A stretch of DNA of 26,964 bases from Azolla caroliniana (Eukaryota; Plantae; Polypodiophyta). The notes beneath the pieces are model-generated. The model was not told where the DNA came from and did not search any database. It saw only the letters and a program-made list of their open reading frames with translations. Below are positions 22,774-26,964 of the stretch, one piece after another (position 1 is the first letter of the stretch; every line of letters begins with the position of its first letter). The position numbers and the translations under genes are program-made. The DNA lies in the NCBI GenBank assembly GCA_043228905.1, contig JBHGNT010000417.1:1-26964 (forward strand), given 5' to 3'.

Positions 22774-23089
22774 TGTCGTGAAGATTCCGGGCCATAAGCG
22801 GAAACAAGAGGAAACACGCAGGAACACCGGTATACGCGAGTGCACGCCTCAAGGGGAATTAAATAGGGCAAGTACTAGGCATGAGTATAAGGAGGGGTAC
22901 TAGGTAGTTAGTGCATAGACATCGCATAAGTAGGGAGAGTTACGAGGAGAGTAAATCAGGGGAGAGAATCTAGGACAAAAGTGACGGGTCATGAATGCTT
23001 GTAACGGTCGCTCCTTGTGCTATAAAAAGGGGCGACCTTTGACTGCCTTCGGGATGTGATCTAGAAAAAAGAATACGGAGAGAACGACC
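22774..23089 (+). repeat. Truncated 3' LTR of element E
   Basis: Matches 17599-17914; the last 400 bp or so of the LTR are missing. Confidence 0.93.
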
Positions 23090-23090
23090 C

Positions 23091-23327
23091 TTTATTAAGC
23101 CATCACTTGGCCGATTCTATGGGATCTTGTGGCCTTGACGAGGTGTATGTTGCCTACCTATGCCACTCTACTCTCTATTGAGCCATCACTTGACCGATTC
23201 TATGGGATGTTGTGGCCTTGACGAGGTGTATGTCACTTACCTATGCCACTCTACTCTCTATTGAGCCATCACTTGACCGATTCTATGGGATGTGGTGCTC
23301 TTGAGGAGATGCATGTCGCCTACCCTA
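23091..23327. repeat. Tandem repeat, 83-bp unit, about 2.8 copies
   Basis: TATT(A/G)AGCCATCACTTG starts at 23093, 23176 and 23259. Confidence 0.93.
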
Positions 23328-23432
23328 GAGTTTCTTACCTTATGACATGATTAATGTTTCATACACCTAATTGATTATTATTCTACTTATTTTCTAATTA
23401 CACAAGTTATCTTCCCGCTTTCTTAAGATTTT

Positions 23433-23782
23433 TGTTGAGATACAAGCTCAAAATTGGCCAAATTGGCTGTGCAAGCCAAGAACTGGATAGCTTGGGATCG
23501 ATCGGTTAGGCCGGACCGGTGCGTAAACCAGTGCGTAGATTGGTACACAACAAGAAGCTGTAGTGGTGCGTAAACCGCAAGGCCGTTGGAAAGATATTCA
23601 ACGTAGGAATATATTTTGGGAGTTAGTGTAGAGCTCACTTATGAGCATTGAAGTACGTGTCAGTACTTCTGTCAGTCCGTAGGGACTTGTATAAAAGTGC
23701 TCACTGAGCACATCCTATGTACAGATTGAGTATTATTTTTTAATTGAGTTTTGTGTGCTCTCTCTCTCTATCTCTCCCACGT
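23433..23782 (+). repeat. U3/R part of copia D 5' LTR, inverted
   Basis: Reverse complement of about 11819-12182; preceded by ATTTT, matching the copia D TSD. Confidence 0.93.
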
Positions 23783-24881
23783 TGTCATGAAGATTCCGGG
23801 CCATGGTGAGAAACCAGGGAATATCAAAGGAATCGGCAAGGTGCGCCATGTGCACCCACTCTTGTAAAACTTGTATAGGGAAATGGGGGCGCCTTTATGA
23901 CGCCGAGCGGCAATAAAGTCGGGACGGATGATCCCATGTATCACGAGATTTATCCCACATAGTCACGTGACCCTCACCTTGTTCTAGAAAAGGGAGGGCG
24001 CGCTTCTTGTACAAGGGTTCCCACCCGTTGGGTCCCAAACTGTTTTGTTCCACATTTTGAGGTTCCGTTTAGTATTAATAAACTTCTGTGTATAAAGTCT
24101 TTCTCTATTCTCTATTAGGGTTTCAGTGTCATTTGTGTGCATGTGTAGGTCGTGTGTTTAGTTGTGGCGGGCAACGTGCGGACTGTCTGCACCTTCCATG
24201 AGTTCCTGCTTGTTGGTCCTCTGTACTCCACGGTCCGGTACATCTGTGCGTGTGTGGGTGTTGGCTCCCGCCGCTTGTAAAGAGCCCACGTGTTGGGTGG
24301 TTCGTTGGCAGGTTTCCCTCGGCGCGCAAGACCCAACTCGGTTCAGCGAGCCCGTGCGCTCCCCTGAAGGCGGCTTGGCGACAAGCGGTGGTCGTTCTGG
24401 AAGAGGCGTGCCCTGCATGACGGTCCCGTCATGCGAACGAGCCTGGGAGCTCCCCGACCGGCCCTAGGATGCAGGCTCCCTCTTCCTCTCCGTGTGGAAC
24501 TGGCATCGTAATGAGCGTTGCGTGTGTAGGTGTGTGTGTGTGTCTCCGGTTAGCGTAGGGTCCGAGAGCGGGTGCGTGTGTGGTCGCCAGTGTAGAGGTG
24601 TCGGTTGTAACCAGGTGTGTATATGTGAGTGTGTGTGTGTGGGCGCGGTTAACCGGGTCGTGTCTTGTGCCTCTTTTGGGCGGAAGGGGCGGAAATGACA
24701 AGGGCGCACTCCCTCACTCCCCGTGCAGCTACCGGCCGCGTCCGGAGAGTATCCGGGATTGAACCGGCCGGCAACGCAGCAAGCTCTAGAGGATTCAGGT
24801 TCCTAGAAACTCCTCCCCTCCTAGTCCATGACCCCAGTGGTCCCGCCTGGATCCGACATGCAATCACGAATTACCGCAATA
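23783..24881 (+). mobile_element. Element G: solo LTR (about 1.1 kb) of an E/F-related gypsy family, inserted in the copia D LTR
   Basis: Starts TGTCATGAAGATTCCGGGCCAT like the E LTR, has the GACCCCAGTGGTCC motif and a decayed CGCAATA end. Flanks ACGT/GCAT derive from target GCGT, and the copia LTR resumes at 24882. Confidence 0.82.
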
Positions 24882-24901
24882 GCATACTGTGTATATTCAA
24901 G
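24882..24901 (+). repeat. 20-bp continuation of copia D 5' LTR
   Basis: GCATACTGTGTATATTCAAG matches the reverse complement of 11804-11823 with one mismatch. Confidence 0.88.
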
Positions 24902-26761
24902 TCGAAAGGGTGGCTCGCTCCACACCCCGCCCCCCCCCCCCCCCCCCCCCGTGGTACCGACGTAGCGTGCTCCCGGCCTCTTCATAGGCCTGCTCTCTCC
25001 TCTCTTCCGGATCAGTTATCCTGAAGTCCGTTCTACCCCATTCTCGTCCAGGGCCAATGACCCTTTTAGTGGTGTCAGTGGAAAGCATCCGCTCATTGAT
25101 CAACCAAGCCCCGTCTGGGCTTGATTCTCCAATGTCTGGAGTTTCGGCTCTGATGCTGACCTTGCCAGACTCGTTTCGAGCCCTTGATCGCCTTTCTTCC
25201 GATTTCCGACCTTCGCCCGATCGGTCTTTCTCCCCATGTAAAAGAGGGCGGCTCGTTCCACATCCTCTCCCGTATTGGCACCTTCATGCCAATTTTGGCC
25301 CCAGTTGAACAATCCACGACCGGATCGTGCTCCAACCGAATCAGAGTGTTGCGCGATTCAGTTCCCGGTCGGGTCGTTTCTTGTTCTCTTCATCGACCTT
25401 CTCGCGGGCTATCTCCCATCCATCTTCGCTGGCATCGTCCCAGGACTCCTCGATACCGTCATCCATCTCCTCAGTCTCACATGGGCGTAAGGGCCCGAAT
25501 GCCGAGTTCTCCGGAATTGGGCCCAAGGGCTCTTGTTCGTTCCTTTTCCGTATCGTCTCGCTGGTGATTCTCTGTCTCACGTTGCCGCCTTCCTGCTCTT
25601 GGGGCTCACGTGGGCACTCGGGCCCAACTGCCATCGTCTTGGGAGAAAGTGTGGGAAGACGCGAAGAATCGCCCGTCCGTTTTACGCTCTTGTCCGTAGC
25701 CACTGGCTCTTCGTGGTCGGCGGTCGTCTCCTTACCGATCGCGCAAGCTCCGCCTGGACTTGCTTCTCCAATCTCCAGAGCCTCGGGCTCACGTGCCCGA
25801 AACCGTCGGTCCCAACGTTTTGATCCCGCGATCGGTATCTCGGCCTCGTCCTCGATCGTTCTATCTCCGCAAGTCGAGAGGGCATTTTGTTTCGCACCCT
25901 CTCCCGTGGTACCATGGTACCGATCTTCTGCCATCTCATGGGGTAAGTCCATCTCCTCGGCATCGGCTTGCGACCTCGATCTTTCCTCTTCCTCGAGCAT
26001 TGCCTCAAGAGCCGCGTACGCCTCCGCAGTTCTGGCCCCGAATCCGAGCCTTGCCGACTCTCTTTGCCGTTCGGCCTCTTCCCGTTGTGATGGCACGTCG
26101 TCACGCGCCTTCCTCTTAGCCTTCTCGGCTCGCTCGTAATCTAACGGTTGGCATACCCTTCCGACCTTCGACCAGTCCTCGGTGAGGCCATTCGCTCCGT
26201 CCTCGTCTTCGAGCTCAATCCCGATGGCCTCCTGTTCCACTCAGTCGATCGACTTAATGAACAATAGGACTTTGTCCGCCCCCACCAAACCTTGTTCCCG
26301 CTCCGGGAGTCGAGCAAGCCATCGCTCGAACTCTCGGAACGCCTTCGTTGCACCCCGATGGGTCTTTGCCGATGCTACGCACTGGTCGAAGCCACGTCAT
26401 CCCTGGCTCTTCCGCCGTCCCCCATATGCTTGCAGGAGCGCCTCTTCGAAGGCTTCCCATGAACTATGAGCTTCTCAGAGCACCTTCACTTCCGCGTGCA
26501 TACGGACGACGACGACTCAACAGAAGAACTCACCCTCAACGCCTCGGCTACGTCTCGCTCTTCCATTTCTGCATTGTAGGCTTCCAAGTAAAATGGGACT
26601 TTGTCCCCGTTGAAACGACCGACTCTTTCGACCACTCGCTCAACTGCTTGTTGCGTCGTCTCTCGTCTTGCTGTTGCTCGTCCAAACTCCCTCACCACTT
26701 CGGACAAAAAGTTGCGCGAAGTCGTCTTCTTCCAGCTCCATTCTCCCTTGCTGCCCTTCAT
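24902..26761 (-). pseudogene. Element F gag with long low-complexity charged extension
   Basis: VGRFNGDKVPFYLEAYNAEM aligns to E IGRFGGKDATSYLEAYKSEM; GLTEDWSKVGRVC aligns to E GLTTDWATVKKVC. No Zn knuckle or PR seen. Confidence 0.8.
24930..24950. repeat. Poly-C tract (C21)
   Basis: Direct reading. Confidence 0.95.
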
Positions 26762-26774
26762 GTCGGGTTCACCA
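26757..26774 (-). promoter_or_regulatory. PBS (tRNA-Trp) of element F
   Basis: TGGTGAACCCGACATGAA, 17 of 18 to the tRNA-Trp complement. Confidence 0.88.
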
Positions 26775-26778
26775 AATA

Positions 26779-26864
26779 TGTCGCGTTATTACATGCGCGC
26801 GTGTAGAAGAGGGCAGGACCACGGGGGTCTTGGACGACGAGGAAAGGAGGCCGAGTAGACGAAA

Positions 26865-26910
<46 letters not shown>

Positions 26911-26964
26911 AAGAGCATGCGCGCACTACACCGGACCTCTTCTGCACGGAAAACAAAAAGGGCG
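26779..26964 (-). repeat. 3' end of element F 5' LTR, includes (GA)20 microsatellite at 26868-26908
   Basis: Shares AGACCCCCGTGGTCCTGCCC and the CGACA end with the E LTR; runs off the window. Confidence 0.85.

Larger units (their letters stand above)
17599..23089 (+). mobile_element. Element E: non-chromovirus Ty3/gypsy, tRNA-Trp primed (Phygy/Selgy-like), internally deleted, 3' LTR truncated
   Basis: LTR pair, Trp PBS, gag-PR-RT-RH-INT order, PPT, no chromodomain. Lineage inferred from PBS type. Confidence 0.92.
24902..26964 (-). mobile_element. Element F: 5' part of a tRNA-Trp-primed Ty3/gypsy relative of E
   Basis: LTR end CGCGACA at 26779, 4-nt spacer, PBS, and gag homologous to E. Confidence 0.85.

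Noticed and set aside
23091-23327. Tandem array as a CRISPR-like locus
   Set aside because: Units repeat end to end with no unique spacers, in a eukaryotic TE context.
23783-26964. Many overlapping short ORFs on both strands, including 25327-26139 (+)
   Set aside because: Shadow frames of GC-rich LTR and gag sequence without independent motifs.

Overview
Eukaryotic, probably fern or lycophyte, heterochromatin-like window built almost entirely from nested, decayed transposable elements; no intact host gene. From left to right: (A) the 5' end of a minus-strand Tat-like Ty3/gypsy element (LTR 1268-1764, tRNA-Arg PBS) inserted in a PLS-class PPR pseudogene and carrying an antisense coiled-coil ORF next to its PBS; (B) a minus-strand chromovirus (2562 to about 11150) interrupted by (C) a full-length Ty1/copia (4945-10145); (D) a second copia on the minus strand (11739-17316) containing a hAT-type MITE and an RT deletion with templated filler; (E) a tRNA-Trp-primed (Phygy/Selgy-like) gypsy (17599-23089) with an apparent -1 frameshift/pseudoknot signal after the protease; an 83-bp tandem repeat; (G) a solo LTR; and (F) another Trp-primed gypsy 5' end. 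TSD and LTR continuity indicate a 7.6-kb inversion (17317-24901) that split the copia D 5' LTR and element F. Alignments and mismatch counts were done by eye, and tRNA and lineage assignments come from memory.
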